Origin: Candidatus Thiovulum imperiosus
GTDB taxonomy: Bacteria; Campylobacterota; Campylobacteria; Campylobacterales; Thiovulaceae
Length of the DNA stretch: 64,000 nt
Direction: 5' to 3'
NCBI GenBank assembly: GCA_024281175.1
Contig: JAMJTW010000005.1
Coordinates: 23,104 to 87,103, forward strand
Under the pieces are notes generated by a model, which was not told the origin of the DNA, did no database searches, and saw only the letters and a list, made by a program, of their open reading frames with translations. Of this stretch, positions 1 through 9,790 are shown in pieces (within the stretch, counting starts at the first letter, position 1; every line of letters begins with the position of its first letter). Position numbers and translations under genes: made by a program.

Positions 1-434
1 ATTCTATTGAATTTAATCCCGAAACAGAATATCCAATTATCTACCTCATCGACACATTCTTAGACCAGTCTGGAGAGAAGCAGATAAGAACTCACTCAAC
101 TCCTTTAGGTGGGACGATGAGGTTAGGAGCTTACCAATCCCAAACAAAAGATGGTTCTCACCTTAGAGAAGCCTATAATGGAAAAGAGCTTATCTCTGAA
201 AGACATCGACACCGATACGAAGCCAACCCACAATTTAGAGAACTTTTTGAAACAAATGGAATGGTTGTTTCAGGTGAAAGTAGCGGTCTCGTTGAAGCTG
301 TTGAAATACCAAATCACCCTTGGTTTTTAGGAGTTCAATTCCACCCTGAATTCACATCAAGACTTGAAAATCCAAACCCAACAATTTTAGCCTTTGTTAG
401 AAATTCCAAAAAATTGAAGGATATGGAGCAGTAA
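1..434 (+). CDS. pyrG: CTP synthase, C-terminal glutamine-amidotransferase part (5' end outside window)
   Basis: The frame is open from base 3. The translation ...LGGTMRLGAYQ...HPWFLGVQFHPEFTSR... is the class-I GATase end of CTP synthase. Stop TAA at 432-434. Confidence 0.85.
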   Translation, partial: SIEFNPETEYPIIYLIDTFLDQSGEKQIRTHSTPLGGTMRLGAYQSQTKDGSHLREAYNGKELISERHRHRYEANPQFRELFETNGMVVSGESSGLVEAVEIPNHPWFLGVQFHPEFTSRLENPNPTILAFVRNSKKLKDMEQ

Positions 435-440
435 TATTTA

Positions 441-468
441 GAGTTCCAAGTCTCTGGAACTCTTTTTA
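441..468. terminator. Hairpin between convergent pyrG and dedA-like genes (possible bidirectional terminator)
   Basis: GAGTTCCA (441-448) pairs with TGGAACTC (455-462) across a 6-nt loop, followed by TTTTTATT. Confidence 0.5.
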
Positions 469-469
469 T

Positions 470-1036
470 TTACCTCTTTTCAGTTTTATACTCAAGAAAC
501 TTCCAAACTCCAAAGAGGAAAGAGAGAAGAAGAATAGGAAGTATATAAGGTGGAATGTCGTAGAAGCTCATAAACTCTTGCACATATTCTGCTGAATAGA
601 AAGTCCCAAGACCAACAGAGAGAGTCCAGATTAGAGATGCGAACATATTTAAAATTGCAAACTTCTGAAAGTTATAGTTGCTAAGTCCTAAAATTATTGG
701 AATTAGAGTTTTAATTCCATATAGATATTTCTGAACAAAAATAGCGATAATGTGGTTCTTTCGAACTAAAACTCTACTATATGCCATTTTTCGACGATGC
801 TTTTTATAGAATGGATATTTTGCCAACTCTTTTTTCTGATATTTTCCCATGTAAAAAAGGAAAAGGTCTCCAACCATATTTGAGACTCCAGCAACAAGAA
901 GAACAATTTCAATATCCAACTTTCCCATTGAAGCTAAAATTGCTCCACCAACAATTGCTAAAAATCCACCTCCAAAAGAGTAGAGAGCAATAATCACATA
1001 TCCATAAGTGGAAATTGAAGTTAATAACTCTTCCAA
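470..1036 (-). CDS. DedA/SNARE-associated family inner-membrane protein
   Basis: 188 aa with several hydrophobic helices. The ...GVSNMVGDLFLFYMGKY... region is typical of the DedA family. Confidence 0.65.
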   Translation of the reverse strand: MEELLTSISTYGYVIIALYSFGGGFLAIVGGAILASMGKLDIEIVLLVAGVSNMVGDLFLFYMGKYQKKELAKYPFYKKHRRKMAYSRVLVRKNHIIAIFVQKYLYGIKTLIPIILGLSNYNFQKFAILNMFASLIWTLSVGLGTFYSAEYVQEFMSFYDIPPYILPILLLSFLFGVWKFLEYKTEKR

Positions 1037-1037
1037 T

Positions 1038-1520
1038 CTATATTTCCAATTTCAATTTCTCATTGTCAAGAGTTCCAATACCTCTTTCAAGAACTTTTTC
1101 TGCTATCTGATGTGCATCTTCTAAAGAGTGCATCGCACAAGTTCCACACTGGTAGATATTCAATTCTGGTATCTCACTCTGGTTTCTCACTTCTAACACA
1201 TCAGCCATAGACTCTTTCCAAGCAGAAATAACTTTTTCAGCTTCTAACTCTCCAATTGCACTCATATAAAAACCTGTTCTGCACCCCATTGGTGAAATGT
1301 CTATTACCTCATTCTCAATATGGTCTCTCATAAAACCAGCAAAAAGGTGTTCCAAAGTATGAATTCCCTCTGCACTCATGAGTTCTTCATTTGGTTTACA
1401 AAATCTCAAATCATAAACTGTAATTGTGTCTCCTTTTGGAGTTTCCATCTTTTTTGCTAAACGAACTGCTGGTGCATTCATCTTTGTATGGTCGACTGTA
1501 AAACTATCTAGTAACGGCAC
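1038..1520 (-). CDS. luxS: S-ribosylhomocysteine lyase (autoinducer-2 synthase)
   Basis: Contains [19 protein letters not shown], the metal-binding HTLEHL, and GCRTGFY. The ORF track starts at 1565, but a GTG at 1520 gives the canonical MPLLDSF N-terminus and about 161 aa. Confidence 0.88.
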   Translation of the reverse strand: MPLLDSFTVDHTKMNAPAVRLAKKMETPKGDTITVYDLRFCKPNEELMSAEGIHTLEHLFAGFMRDHIENEVIDISPMGCRTGFYMSAIGELEAEKVISAWKESMADVLEVRNQSEIPELNIYQCGTCAMHSLEDAHQIAEKVLERGIGTLDNEKLKLEI

Positions 1521-1591
1521 TATTTCCCTTTTGAAATAAAATATTTTATCAAATTGAAAACTCAAGTTTCAATTCTTATTTTTCAAAACTC

Positions 1592-1620
1592 TTGACATTG
1601 AAAAAAAAAATCAATATAAT
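1592..1620 (+). promoter_or_regulatory. Consensus sigma70-type promoter upstream of tRNA-Asn
   Basis: TTGACA (1592-1597), a 17-nt spacer, then TATAAT (1615-1620), about 20 nt before the tRNA 5' end. Confidence 0.55.
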
Positions 1621-1639
1621 TCCGTCACTCAAAAAGAAA

Positions 1640-1714
1640 TCCGGATTAGCTCAGCGGTAGAGTAGGCGGCTGTTAACCGCTTGGTCACTGGTTCGAATCC
1701 AGTATCCGGAGCCA
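1640..1714 (+). tRNA. tRNA-Asn (anticodon GUU), CCA encoded
   Basis: Hand-folded cloverleaf: acceptor TCCGGAT/ATCCGGA, D arm GCTC-AGCGGTA-GAGT, anticodon stem GGCGG/CCGCT with loop CTGTTAA, T arm ACTGG-TTCGAAT-CCAGT, then G-CCA. Confidence 0.9.
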
Positions 1715-1734
1715 CTTTCAAAACAGAATTCAAA

Positions 1735-2715
1735 ATGACTGAAGCATATTTAAAAAAGAAAGATAACGCATTACAAATTAAGAGGTCTATGTCAAACATT
1801 ATTTGGTTAGATGGTATAGATAACTTTCCAAGTTTTTTAACAATGGTTGGAAATTCTCCATATATTGGTGCTGTTGAAATCTCTTTTCACAATATTTTAG
1901 AAAAAGTTCCAACAGTAGAAGAGGCGAAAAAGATAAAAGCCGACATTTTAGATGAAAACCTTGTTGTTTCTGGAATTCACAACATTTTTGCTGATGCTGA
2001 AAATTTTCCAGACTCTCCACTTCTATCTGAAGATGTATTTCAAAAAGTTGTAGATAGAGTTAAAGAGTATATTGAAATTGCAAAAGCTCTGGAAGTTTCA
2101 CATCTTTCATTAGACTACATGGACTTCTTGCGAAAAGAGGAGCTCTCAAAAGAGGAAGCAGATGATAAGTTTTTGCAACTATTAAAGATATTTGAAGAGG
2201 CTTCAGCTGGAGAAGTTGATATTCACATAGTTCCAACAAGCGACAATGTTAGAGATTACATGGTTAGTTATGTGGAATTAGTGGAACTTTTAAAAGATAC
2301 AAACTTTAAGAATATAAAGTATTTAATAGATTTGAAAGAGATTTTTGACACTCTCTCATTCGACTTGAAATATTTTAATGACCACAAGCAATTTATCTCT
2401 CACTTTCACATCTCAAATTTAGATGGTGGTCCAGTTACTTTTGATGATATTCCGATGCATAATAAGATGGTTAATGTTTCAGATAACATGGAGCATATCA
2501 ACAAATTCTTTGTGATGAAAATTAAGAATTTGGCAGAAGACCAGAAACAAGATTTAGCAAACTACCAACTATATATCCATGTTTTTAAAGAGATATATCA
2601 AGTTCCAATACCGCTAAGTCCATTCTGTTCCAAACTATTTCCAAACCTTGTTTATAGACATCTTTCAGCAGAAGGTCCAGATATTGAACATCTTCAAGAT
2701 TATGGAGGTCACTAA
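1735..2715 (+). CDS. Hypothetical protein (weak resemblance to xylose-isomerase-like TIM-barrel proteins)
   Basis: The long ORF in the track begins at 1681 inside the tRNA. The first plausible ATG is 1735, with an alternative at 1789. The motif ISHFHISNLDG is reminiscent of sugar-phosphate isomerase/epimerase folds. Function is not established. Confidence 0.45.
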   Translation: MTEAYLKKKDNALQIKRSMSNIIWLDGIDNFPSFLTMVGNSPYIGAVEISFHNILEKVPTVEEAKKIKADILDENLVVSGIHNIFADAENFPDSPLLSEDVFQKVVDRVKEYIEIAKALEVSHLSLDYMDFLRKEELSKEEADDKFLQLLKIFEEASAGEVDIHIVPTSDNVRDYMVSYVELVELLKDTNFKNIKYLIDLKEIFDTLSFDLKYFNDHKQFISHFHISNLDGGPVTFDDIPMHNKMVNVSDNMEHINKFFVMKIKNLAEDQKQDLANYQLYIHVFKEIYQVPIPLSPFCSKLFPNLVYRHLSAEGPDIEHLQDYGGH

Positions 2716-3368
2716 ATTAGAGCCTCTTTTAAGACCTCCCAATCTCCTTGAAAATTTTCACCTATTTTTACAAAGTTTCCATCTTGACTCTCAAGAAGTA
2801 GAGTTATATATCTATTTATAACTTCATAGAGAATTCCAGATTTCATATCTGAGTAGAAGTTTGGAACAACTAAAACTTTATCTCTCTCTATCTCTAATAG
2901 GGATTTTTCAAGAAAGTGAATTGCCAAATCTTCCATTTTGAGAGGAACTACAACTTTATCAGAAAACTCTCTAGCAACTTGGAGAAGTAGAGTTTCATGA
3001 GGCGGTGTATCGATTATTACATAATCGAACTTATTTTTGAGATATTTCAGAACATCAAAAAGATGTTTTTGAGACTCAACAATATTTCCTCTCTCAATTC
3101 TTGAAAGCTCTATATTTGCAGGAAGGAGAAATGAGTTTTCAATTCCGCTTCGATGAACTACTTCTGGAAACTCTCTACTTTTATCTAAGATATTTAAAAT
3201 AGAGAAGCTCTTATCAATTTCAAGATATTGTGCCATATCTCCCTTTGGGTCAAAATCCACTAACATTGTTGTTTTGCCAACTTCTGAAAGTAGCTCGGCC
3301 ATTTTTATAGCAAAAGAGGTTCTACCTGAACCAACTCTAAAATTTACAAATGAAATAGTTTTTCCCAT
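2712..3368 (-). CDS. ParA/MinD-like P-loop protein with a degenerate Walker A
   Basis: 218 aa with overall ParA-like layout (ISFVNFRVGSGRTS...VDFDPKGD...VIIDTPP). Both Walker-A lysines are replaced by Arg. Confidence 0.55.
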   Translation of the reverse strand: MGKTISFVNFRVGSGRTSFAIKMAELLSEVGKTTMLVDFDPKGDMAQYLEIDKSFSILNILDKSREFPEVVHRSGIENSFLLPANIELSRIERGNIVESQKHLFDVLKYLKNKFDYVIIDTPPHETLLLQVAREFSDKVVVPLKMEDLAIHFLEKSLLEIERDKVLVVPNFYSDMKSGILYEVINRYITLLLESQDGNFVKIGENFQGDWEVLKEALI

Positions 3369-3370
3369 TT

Positions 3371-4003
3371 TTAGAATCCAAAATCAAAATTCATATTTGT
3401 AAAATTTGGGTCAGAGTAACCAAATTGTACTGATGAGGTTCGCAGAGAGAGAATATCATTTTTCGGGTCAATATTTTGAGGACAAACTTCTGTACAGAGT
3501 CCACAAAGAGTACAATCCCAAACCCCATTCTTTTGAAGATTTCCTACTGTTTCTGCTTTCTGCTTTTCAGAAAGATTTTCAAATCTACTGGCAATTCTGG
3601 TAAGAATTACAGGATTTGCAAAATTTGGATTTGCTTCAAAAACTGGACATGCACTATAACAGAGTGAACAGGAGATACAAGTAGAATTATCTGATGCAGT
3701 TGGAAGAAGATGTAGAGACTCTTCCCATTTGCGATTTTTAACAACCAAGTCTCTTACAATTTCCATATTTCTCATTGGGTGAACCTCATCACCCTCTTTT
3801 GGGTGATACTCACAAGCTAAAACCTCTTTATCATTTACAACAACACCACAACTTCCACAAACAGAACTTCGACATGAAGAAGAGAGTGCTATCTCTGGAA
3901 ACTCCTCAAGTATGTGAAGTAGTGTATCACCCTCTAAAAATGTCTCTATCTCAAAAAGCTCTTTTCCTCTATTTATCTTGATATTCATCAAAATCCTCTT
4001 CAA
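3371..4003 (-). CDS. Succinate dehydrogenase/fumarate reductase-type iron-sulfur protein (2Fe-2S plus two Cys-cluster motifs)
   Basis: Contains CRSSVCGSCGVVVNDKEVLAC (2Fe-2S), CISCSLCYSACP and CTLCGLCTEVCP (4Fe-4S/3Fe-4S). Confidence 0.7.
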   Translation of the reverse strand: MKRILMNIKINRGKELFEIETFLEGDTLLHILEEFPEIALSSSCRSSVCGSCGVVVNDKEVLACEYHPKEGDEVHPMRNMEIVRDLVVKNRKWEESLHLLPTASDNSTCISCSLCYSACPVFEANPNFANPVILTRIASRFENLSEKQKAETVGNLQKNGVWDCTLCGLCTEVCPQNIDPKNDILSLRTSSVQFGYSDPNFTNMNFDFGF

Positions 4004-4370
4004 ATATAGCTACATCGTAAGTATCATTTTTACTCTGAAGCTGTTTTCTATTAGCTTTTGTTCCATCGTATTTATGAGTCATCACTTCCATATTTAGACT
4101 CTCCACTTCATATTCAAGTTTTGAAATTCTCTCTTTCAACCTAAGAATAATATCAACTCCAGCTAAGTTTACACCAAGTTCTCTTGTAAGTCTCAAAACC
4201 ATCTTGATTTTATCAACATCTCTCTGGGAATAGAGTCTCATTCTACCATCTGTCCGAGATGGAGAGACTAAACCCTCTCGCTCATACTGTCTTAAAGTTT
4301 GAGGATGAATATCAAGCATTTTTGAAACAACACTTATAAGATAGACTGGCTCATCATAGTTGTGCATCAA
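3969..4370 (-). CDS. hspR: MerR-family heat-shock repressor HspR
   Basis: MerR-type HTH ([26 protein letters not shown]) immediately downstream of a cbpA-like gene, overlapping it by 4 nt. Confidence 0.8.
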   Translation of the reverse strand: MMHNYDEPVYLISVVSKMLDIHPQTLRQYEREGLVSPSRTDGRMRLYSQRDVDKIKMVLRLTRELGVNLAGVDIILRLKERISKLEYEVESLNMEVMTHKYDGTKANRKQLQSKNDTYDVAIFEEDFDEYQDK

Positions 4371-5212
4371 ATATCCTTAGGAAGTTTCTCTTCCATCATT
4401 TTAACTAAATCTCTATCCAGCTCTTCAACTTTTGGAATTTTTATATTCACTTTCAAATAGAGATGTCCACTCTCTCCACTTTTTCTATTATAAAGTCCGC
4501 CAGATTTAATTCTAAACTTCTGACCACTCTTTACCCCTTTTGGAATTTTTATATTCTTATGCTCTACAAGAGTCTCAATTTGAAGTTCACCTCCAAAAAG
4601 TGCTGTTTTTAAAGGTATCTCAATCTCTTTTACAATATCATCTCCAGAAATAGTGTAATCTGGATGAGGTTGAATAGAAACTATAAGAAATAGGTCTCCT
4701 TTTCTAGCTCCACTTTTTTTACCTTTTCCTTTTAACCGTAACTTCTCACCATCTCGAATTCCAGCTGGAATTTTTATATCAACACTCTCCCTATTTTGGA
4801 GATGTATAAGCTCTTTTCCTCCAACTAATGCTGTTCTAAATGTGATATATATTTTCTGTTCTAAATCTAAGTTCTCTTGTTGAAAACCCCCAAAACCACC
4901 ACCAAAATTTCCTCCACCTCCAAAGAAGTTTTTGAAAATTTCATCTATATCGATATTTCCTTGACCTCTACTATACTCATGGAAATTCTGATTTCCAAAC
5001 ATAGAGTCCCCAACTTGGTCATACTTTGCTCTCTTCTCTTCATCTCCAAGAACTTCATAAGCACCATTTATCTCTTTAAATTTCTCTTCTGCTGTTGGGG
5101 ATTTATTTATATCAGGGTGATACTGTCTTGCAAGTTTTCTGAACGCTTTTTTGATTTCACTTTGGGTCGCATTTTGAGAAACACCTAAAGTATCATATAA
5201 ACTCTTACTCAA
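4367..5212 (-). CDS. cbpA: DnaJ-class co-chaperone / curved-DNA-binding protein CbpA
   Basis: J-domain (YDTLGV...YHPD), a G/F-rich linker, a DnaJ C-terminal domain and no zinc-finger region. Confidence 0.85.
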   Translation of the reverse strand: MSKSLYDTLGVSQNATQSEIKKAFRKLARQYHPDINKSPTAEEKFKEINGAYEVLGDEEKRAKYDQVGDSMFGNQNFHEYSRGQGNIDIDEIFKNFFGGGGNFGGGFGGFQQENLDLEQKIYITFRTALVGGKELIHLQNRESVDIKIPAGIRDGEKLRLKGKGKKSGARKGDLFLIVSIQPHPDYTISGDDIVKEIEIPLKTALFGGELQIETLVEHKNIKIPKGVKSGQKFRIKSGGLYNRKSGESGHLYLKVNIKIPKVEELDRDLVKMMEEKLPKDI

Positions 5213-5250
5213 AATCTATTTCCATTTTTTAGCGATATTATATCTAATAG

Positions 5251-5271
5251 ATTGAGTCTCTTTTTATCAAG
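5251..5271. promoter_or_regulatory. HAIR-like inverted repeat (candidate HspR operator) upstream of cbpA
   Basis: ATTGAGT-N7-TATCAAG compared with the HAIR consensus CTTGAGT-N7-ACTCAAG (11/14 matches). It lies just upstream of a minus-strand TATAAT (5237-5242). Confidence 0.35.
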
Positions 5272-5318
5272 GTTTTAATATCCATTAGAGTCTGTTACAA
5301 TTTTAAAAAAGCAGATTT

Positions 5319-5828
5319 ATGAAAAAAAATATCTTTTTACTACTCTTTTCACTGCCTCTTTTTGGAGATTTATCCAATATAGAGACTTTTCAAGCAAACT
5401 TTGAACAAGTTGTAACTAGCGATGGAGATACTATATTTTATGAGGGAATTTTAAAAGTTAAACAGCCAAATTTTGTTTTGTGGCAATATGAGAAACCTGT
5501 TCAAAAAAGTCTTTACCTTAATGGAAAGAAAATATATCTCCTTGAACCTGAATTAGAGCAAGTTGTTATTAGAGATTTCCAAAACAATTTAAAACTTCTC
5601 GAGATTTTGAAGAATGCAAAACAGATAAGTGAAGAGAGATATATCGCTATTGTTGATGAGAAGAGATATCTTCTTATAGTTACAGATGAACTTGAGAAAG
5701 TTATCTACCAAGATGAAATTGACAATTGGGTTGTTATCTCTTTCTTCAATCAAATTCGAAATGCTAAAATTGATAACTTAGAATTTCGTCCAGACATTCC
5801 TGTAAACTTTGATAGGATATATCAATAA
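5319..5828 (+). CDS. lolA: LolA-like periplasmic lipoprotein carrier
   Basis: 169 aa with a signal peptide, then FQANFEQ...ILKVKQPNFVLWQY, which is typical of the LolA fold family. Confidence 0.65.
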   Translation: MKKNIFLLLFSLPLFGDLSNIETFQANFEQVVTSDGDTIFYEGILKVKQPNFVLWQYEKPVQKSLYLNGKKIYLLEPELEQVVIRDFQNNLKLLEILKNAKQISEERYIAIVDEKRYLLIVTDELEKVIYQDEIDNWVVISFFNQIRNAKIDNLEFRPDIPVNFDRIYQ

Positions 5829-5855
5829 AGATATAATTTAGAAAAAGGGTGCTAC

Positions 5856-7019
5856 TTGAAAATAGCAGTTGTTGGAAGTGGATATGTTGGACTTTCAAAC
5901 GGAATTCTCTTAGCTCAAAAAAATGAAGTTGTTGCATTAGACATTGTTCCTGAAAAAGTTGAGAAGTTGAATAGGAAAGAACTTCCAATTGAAGATATTG
6001 AGATGGTAGAGTATCTAAAAAATAGAGAGTTGAATTTCAGGGCAACTCTAAATATGGAAGAGGCTTATCAAAATGCGAAATTTGTAGTTGTTGCTACTCC
6101 AACTGATTACGACCCTACAACAAACTACTTTAATACAAAATCAGTAGAAGCTGTAATTAGAGATGTTTTAAAGATTTCACCTGAAAGTGTAATAGTTATC
6201 AAATCTACTGTTCCAGTCGGATATACTGAGGATTTGAAAAGTAGATTTGATACGGAAAATATCATCTTCTCTCCAGAGTTTTTGCGAGAGGGAAAAGCCC
6301 TACACGACAACTTATATCCATCTCGAATAGTGATTGGTGAAAAGAGTAGTAGAGCAGAGCTTTTTGGCAAACTATTACTTGAAGGTGCTGAAAATGATGC
6401 TCCTATTCTCTACACAAACTCAACAGAAGCGGAAGCGATAAAACTATTTTCAAACACTTATCTTGCAATGAGAGTAGCATATTTCAATGAACTCGACACT
6501 TACGCTCAAACTCACAATTTGAATACAAAAGAGATAATTGACGGTGTTGGTTTAGACCCAAGAATTGGGAATTTCTATAATAACCCATCTTTTGGATATG
6601 GTGGATACTGCTTACCAAAAGATACAAAACAGCTTATGGCAAATTATGAAAATGTTCCTCACAATCTAATTTCAGCAATTGTTGAAGCAAACCGAACTCG
6701 AAAAGATTTTATTGCTGATAGCATTACTGCCAAAAACCCAAAAGTTGTTGGAATTTATAGACTTGTTATGAAAGAGGGTTCAGATAATTTTCGAGCCTCT
6801 TCAATTCAGGGAGTTATGAAGAGAATTAAGGCAAAAGGTGTTGAGATAGTTGTTTATGAACCAATTTTAGAAACAGAACAGTTTTACAACAGCAGAGTAA
6901 TCTCAGACTTGGAAGAGTTCAAAAATATTTCTGATATTATAGTTGCAAATAGAATTTCAAAAAATTTAGAAGATGTCAAAGATAAGATTTACAGCAGAGA
7001 CATTTTTAGAGAAGGGTGA
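5856..7019 (+). CDS. ugd: UDP-glucose 6-dehydrogenase
   Basis: TTG start. Contains [14 protein letters not shown] (Rossmann fold) and the catalytic GGYCLPKDT. Confidence 0.9.
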   Translation: MKIAVVGSGYVGLSNGILLAQKNEVVALDIVPEKVEKLNRKELPIEDIEMVEYLKNRELNFRATLNMEEAYQNAKFVVVATPTDYDPTTNYFNTKSVEAVIRDVLKISPESVIVIKSTVPVGYTEDLKSRFDTENIIFSPEFLREGKALHDNLYPSRIVIGEKSSRAELFGKLLLEGAENDAPILYTNSTEAEAIKLFSNTYLAMRVAYFNELDTYAQTHNLNTKEIIDGVGLDPRIGNFYNNPSFGYGGYCLPKDTKQLMANYENVPHNLISAIVEANRTRKDFIADSITAKNPKVVGIYRLVMKEGSDNFRASSIQGVMKRIKAKGVEIVVYEPILETEQFYNSRVISDLEEFKNISDIIVANRISKNLEDVKDKIYSRDIFREG

Positions 7020-7022
7020 TAT

Positions 7023-7781
7023 TTGGTTGAAAAGATAGTTGAAATTGCTAAAGATAGTGGAGAAGCAGTTTTAGAGATATATAGTAGAGATTTTGAAGTG
7101 GAATTTAAAGATGATAAATCTCCGCTTACAGAAGCTGATAAAGTTTCTAATGAAATTATATGTGAAAATCTTGAGAAATTATATCCAGAAATTCCTATTC
7201 TTTCTGAAGAGAATAAAACAGTACCATTTGAGACTCGAAAAGAGTGGGTTGAGTACTGGTGTATTGACCCAATTGATGGAACAAAAGAGTTTATAAAAAA
7301 GAATGATGAGTTTACAATAAATATTGCTCTTATTCGAAATGGAATTCCAGTTTTAGGTGTTGTTTACGCTCCAGCAATTGGAAAGATATATTATGCTGAA
7401 GAGGGAAAAGGTGCTTTTCTAAATGGTGAGAAATTGGAACCAAAAAGAGTAGAGAAGTTACGAGTTGTGGCAAGTAAGTCTCATAGAACTCCAGAGACTG
7501 AAAACTTCATTTCAGAACTTGGAAATTGCGATTTGGTTTCAAAAGGGAGTAGCTTAAAACTCTGTATGGTTGCCTCTGGAGAAGCTGACATCTATCCAAG
7601 AATTGCACCTACAATGGAGTGGGACACAGCAGCAGCTCATGCAGTTGTTTTAGAAGCTGGAAAAGAGACCTATATCTACTCTGAAAATATCTCTCCAAAA
7701 GAGTACCTTGCAAAAAGAAATTTAGAGCCGATGAGGTACAACAAAGAAAATCTACTAAATCCATATTTTGTAGTTGTCTAA
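7023..7781 (+). CDS. cysQ: 3'(2'),5'-bisphosphate nucleotidase
   Basis: Inositol-monophosphatase-family motifs [12 protein letters not shown] and WDTAAAHAV, next to cysC/D/N. Confidence 0.85.
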   Translation: MVEKIVEIAKDSGEAVLEIYSRDFEVEFKDDKSPLTEADKVSNEIICENLEKLYPEIPILSEENKTVPFETRKEWVEYWCIDPIDGTKEFIKKNDEFTINIALIRNGIPVLGVVYAPAIGKIYYAEEGKGAFLNGEKLEPKRVEKLRVVASKSHRTPETENFISELGNCDLVSKGSSLKLCMVASGEADIYPRIAPTMEWDTAAAHAVVLEAGKETYIYSENISPKEYLAKRNLEPMRYNKENLLNPYFVVV

Positions 7782-8368
7782 TGAGTAATATAGTTTGGCA
7801 CAACCATACAGTTCATGTGGAAAAGCGTAAAGAGAAATTGGGACAGAAACCTGCTGTTCTCTGGTTTACTGGTCTTTCTGGTTCTGGAAAATCAACAGTT
7901 GCAAATGCTCTTGAAAACAGACTTTTTAGTAGAGGAAATTTCACATATCTTCTCGATGGAGACAATGTTAGGCACGGTCTAAATTCAGATTTAGGCTTTG
8001 ATGATAAATCGAGAATCGAAAATATTCGGAGAGTTGGTGAAGTTTCAAAACTATTTGCTGATTCTGGACTTTTAGTTTTAACTGCATTTATTTCACCTTT
8101 TCAAGAAGATAGAGAGCTTGTAAGAAATATTTTAAAAGAGGGTGAATTTATTGAAATTTTTGTAAATACACCTTTGGAGATTTGTGAGTCTCGAGACCCA
8201 AAAGGGCTTTATAAAAAAGCAAGAAGTGGAGAAATTTCAGATTTTACAGGTATTTCAAGTCCTTACGAAGCACCAGAAAATCCAGAAATAGAGCTACAAA
8301 ATCTCTCAATTGAAGAGAGTGTTCAGAAGATAGAAAACTACCTCATCAACAAAGGATATATTATATGA
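7781..8368 (+). CDS. cysC: Adenylyl-sulfate (APS) kinase
   Basis: Contains [11 protein letters not shown] (P-loop), [10 protein letters not shown] and FISPF. Confidence 0.9.
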   Translation: MSNIVWHNHTVHVEKRKEKLGQKPAVLWFTGLSGSGKSTVANALENRLFSRGNFTYLLDGDNVRHGLNSDLGFDDKSRIENIRRVGEVSKLFADSGLLVLTAFISPFQEDRELVRNILKEGEFIEIFVNTPLEICESRDPKGLYKKARSGEISDFTGISSPYEAPENPEIELQNLSIEESVQKIENYLINKGYII

Positions 8369-9258
8369 CACATTTAAAACAGTTAGAAGCTGAGTCAATT
8401 CACATTATTAGAGAAGTTATTGCGGAGTTTGAAAATCCAGCAATGCTCTACTCTGTTGGAAAAGATAGTTCTGTAATGCTCCATTTGGCTCAAAAGGCTT
8501 TCTATCCAGCACCACCACCATTTCCATTAGTTCATGTTGATACAACTTGGAAATTTAGAGAGATGATAGAGTTCCGAGACCGTCGAGCAAAAGAGGTTGG
8601 AATGGAACTTATTGTCTACTCAAATCCAAAAGGGATTGAGATGAATATCTCACCTTTCAAACATGGCTCAGCCCTCCATACAGATATTATGAAAACAGAA
8701 GGTCTAAAACAGATGTTAGACATCTATAAATTTGATGCTGTTTTTGGTGGGGCAAGACGAGATGAAGAGAAGAGTAGAGCTAAAGAGCGGATTTACTCTT
8801 TCCGAGATGAAAATCATCGATGGGACCCAAAAAATCAGAGACCTGAACTTTGGAATGTCTACAATGGACGACACAAAAAAGGTGAGTCTATTCGAGTTTT
8901 TCCACTTTCGAACTGGACAGAGTTAGATATTTGGCAATATATCCATTTAGAACAAATTCCTATCGTTCCACTCTACTACTCTGCAAAGAGACCTGTTGTT
9001 GAGTATATGGGAACTAAGATTTTAGTTGATGATGACCGAATGCCTGAGGAGTTGCGAAAAACAGCAAAAGATGAGATGGTTAGATTTAGAACTCTTGGGT
9101 GTTATCCTCTTACAGGTGCGATAAATTCAGAAGCTCAAACTCTACCTGAAATTATTCAGGAGATGTTGCTTACAACAACAAGTGAAAGACAGGGAAGACT
9201 TATCGACTCCGACTCAAGTGCTTCAATGGAAAAGAAAAAACAGGAGGGATATTTTTAA
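8365..9258 (+). CDS. cysD: Sulfate adenylyltransferase subunit 2
   Basis: PAPS-reductase/ATP-PPase fold with [15 protein letters not shown] and a full-length CysD-like sequence. Confidence 0.92.
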   Translation: MTHLKQLEAESIHIIREVIAEFENPAMLYSVGKDSSVMLHLAQKAFYPAPPPFPLVHVDTTWKFREMIEFRDRRAKEVGMELIVYSNPKGIEMNISPFKHGSALHTDIMKTEGLKQMLDIYKFDAVFGGARRDEEKSRAKERIYSFRDENHRWDPKNQRPELWNVYNGRHKKGESIRVFPLSNWTELDIWQYIHLEQIPIVPLYYSAKRPVVEYMGTKILVDDDRMPEELRKTAKDEMVRFRTLGCYPLTGAINSEAQTLPEIIQEMLLTTTSERQGRLIDSDSSASMEKKKQEGYF

Positions 9259-9476
9259 TGACTTATACTCCAACTCTAGTTTTTGACAATCCTGATTTTA
9301 TTACTAAGTTTAAAAGTTTTGTAGAAAGTTTAGGTGCAAAATTAGTTAATGAGAAAATAGAAGAAGATGAGTTTCTTGAGAATTTTAGAGAAGTTATAAA
9401 AGAGATAAAAAATGGTCAAGCACTAGAAAATGCAATGAGTTTTGAAGAATTTGAAAAGAGAATGAGTGGAAATTAG
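9258..9476 (+). CDS. Small protein, candidate antitoxin (RHH/DinJ-like N-terminus)
   Basis: 72 aa. The ATG overlaps the cysD stop by 1 nt. It lies directly upstream of a RelE/ParE-like toxin remnant. The LVFDNPDFITKFKSFVESLGAKL segment resembles DinJ/RelB-type antitoxins. Confidence 0.35.
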   Translation: MTYTPTLVFDNPDFITKFKSFVESLGAKLVNEKIEEDEFLENFREVIKEIKNGQALENAMSFEEFEKRMSGN

Positions 9477-9790
9477 GGTATTAGAAAATTTCTTTTTAAG
9501 TGCTTTAAAGCTCAAAAAGAGATACCCAAATATTTTTAAAGATATTTCTATATTTAAAAACTCTTTAGAAAATGAACAACATGTCTCTTTAGGTGGAGGA
9601 TTTTTTAAAAGTAGAGTAAAAAACTCTGATAGATAAAAATAGAGGTAAATCATCTGGGTATCAAATTATTACTTATTATATAGAAGATAAGACTATTTAT
9701 CTTGTTGAGATATATGACAAAAGTGAGAAAGAGAGTATCTCAAAAAAAGAACTTATCTCTATTTTAAAAAATGAAAATATAGGAGATTGA
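9466..9790 (+). pseudogene. RelE/ParE-superfamily toxin gene, frameshifted
   Basis: Frame 1 (from 9466) reads ...LKLKKRYPNIFKDISIFKNSLENEQHVSLGGGFFKSRVKNSDR*. Frame 2 (from 9620) reads KTLIDKNRGKSSGYQIITYYIEDKTIYLVEIYDKSEKESISKKEL...*. Joined, they match the usual toxin layout. The shift lies in an A-rich stretch around 9620-9636. The stop at 9788-9790 abuts the cysN ATG. Confidence 0.55.

Noticed and set aside
1681-1734. N-terminal extension of the 344-aa ORF (start at 1681)
   Set aside because: It overlaps the 3' half of tRNA-Asn on the same strand. The first credible start is 1735 or 1789.
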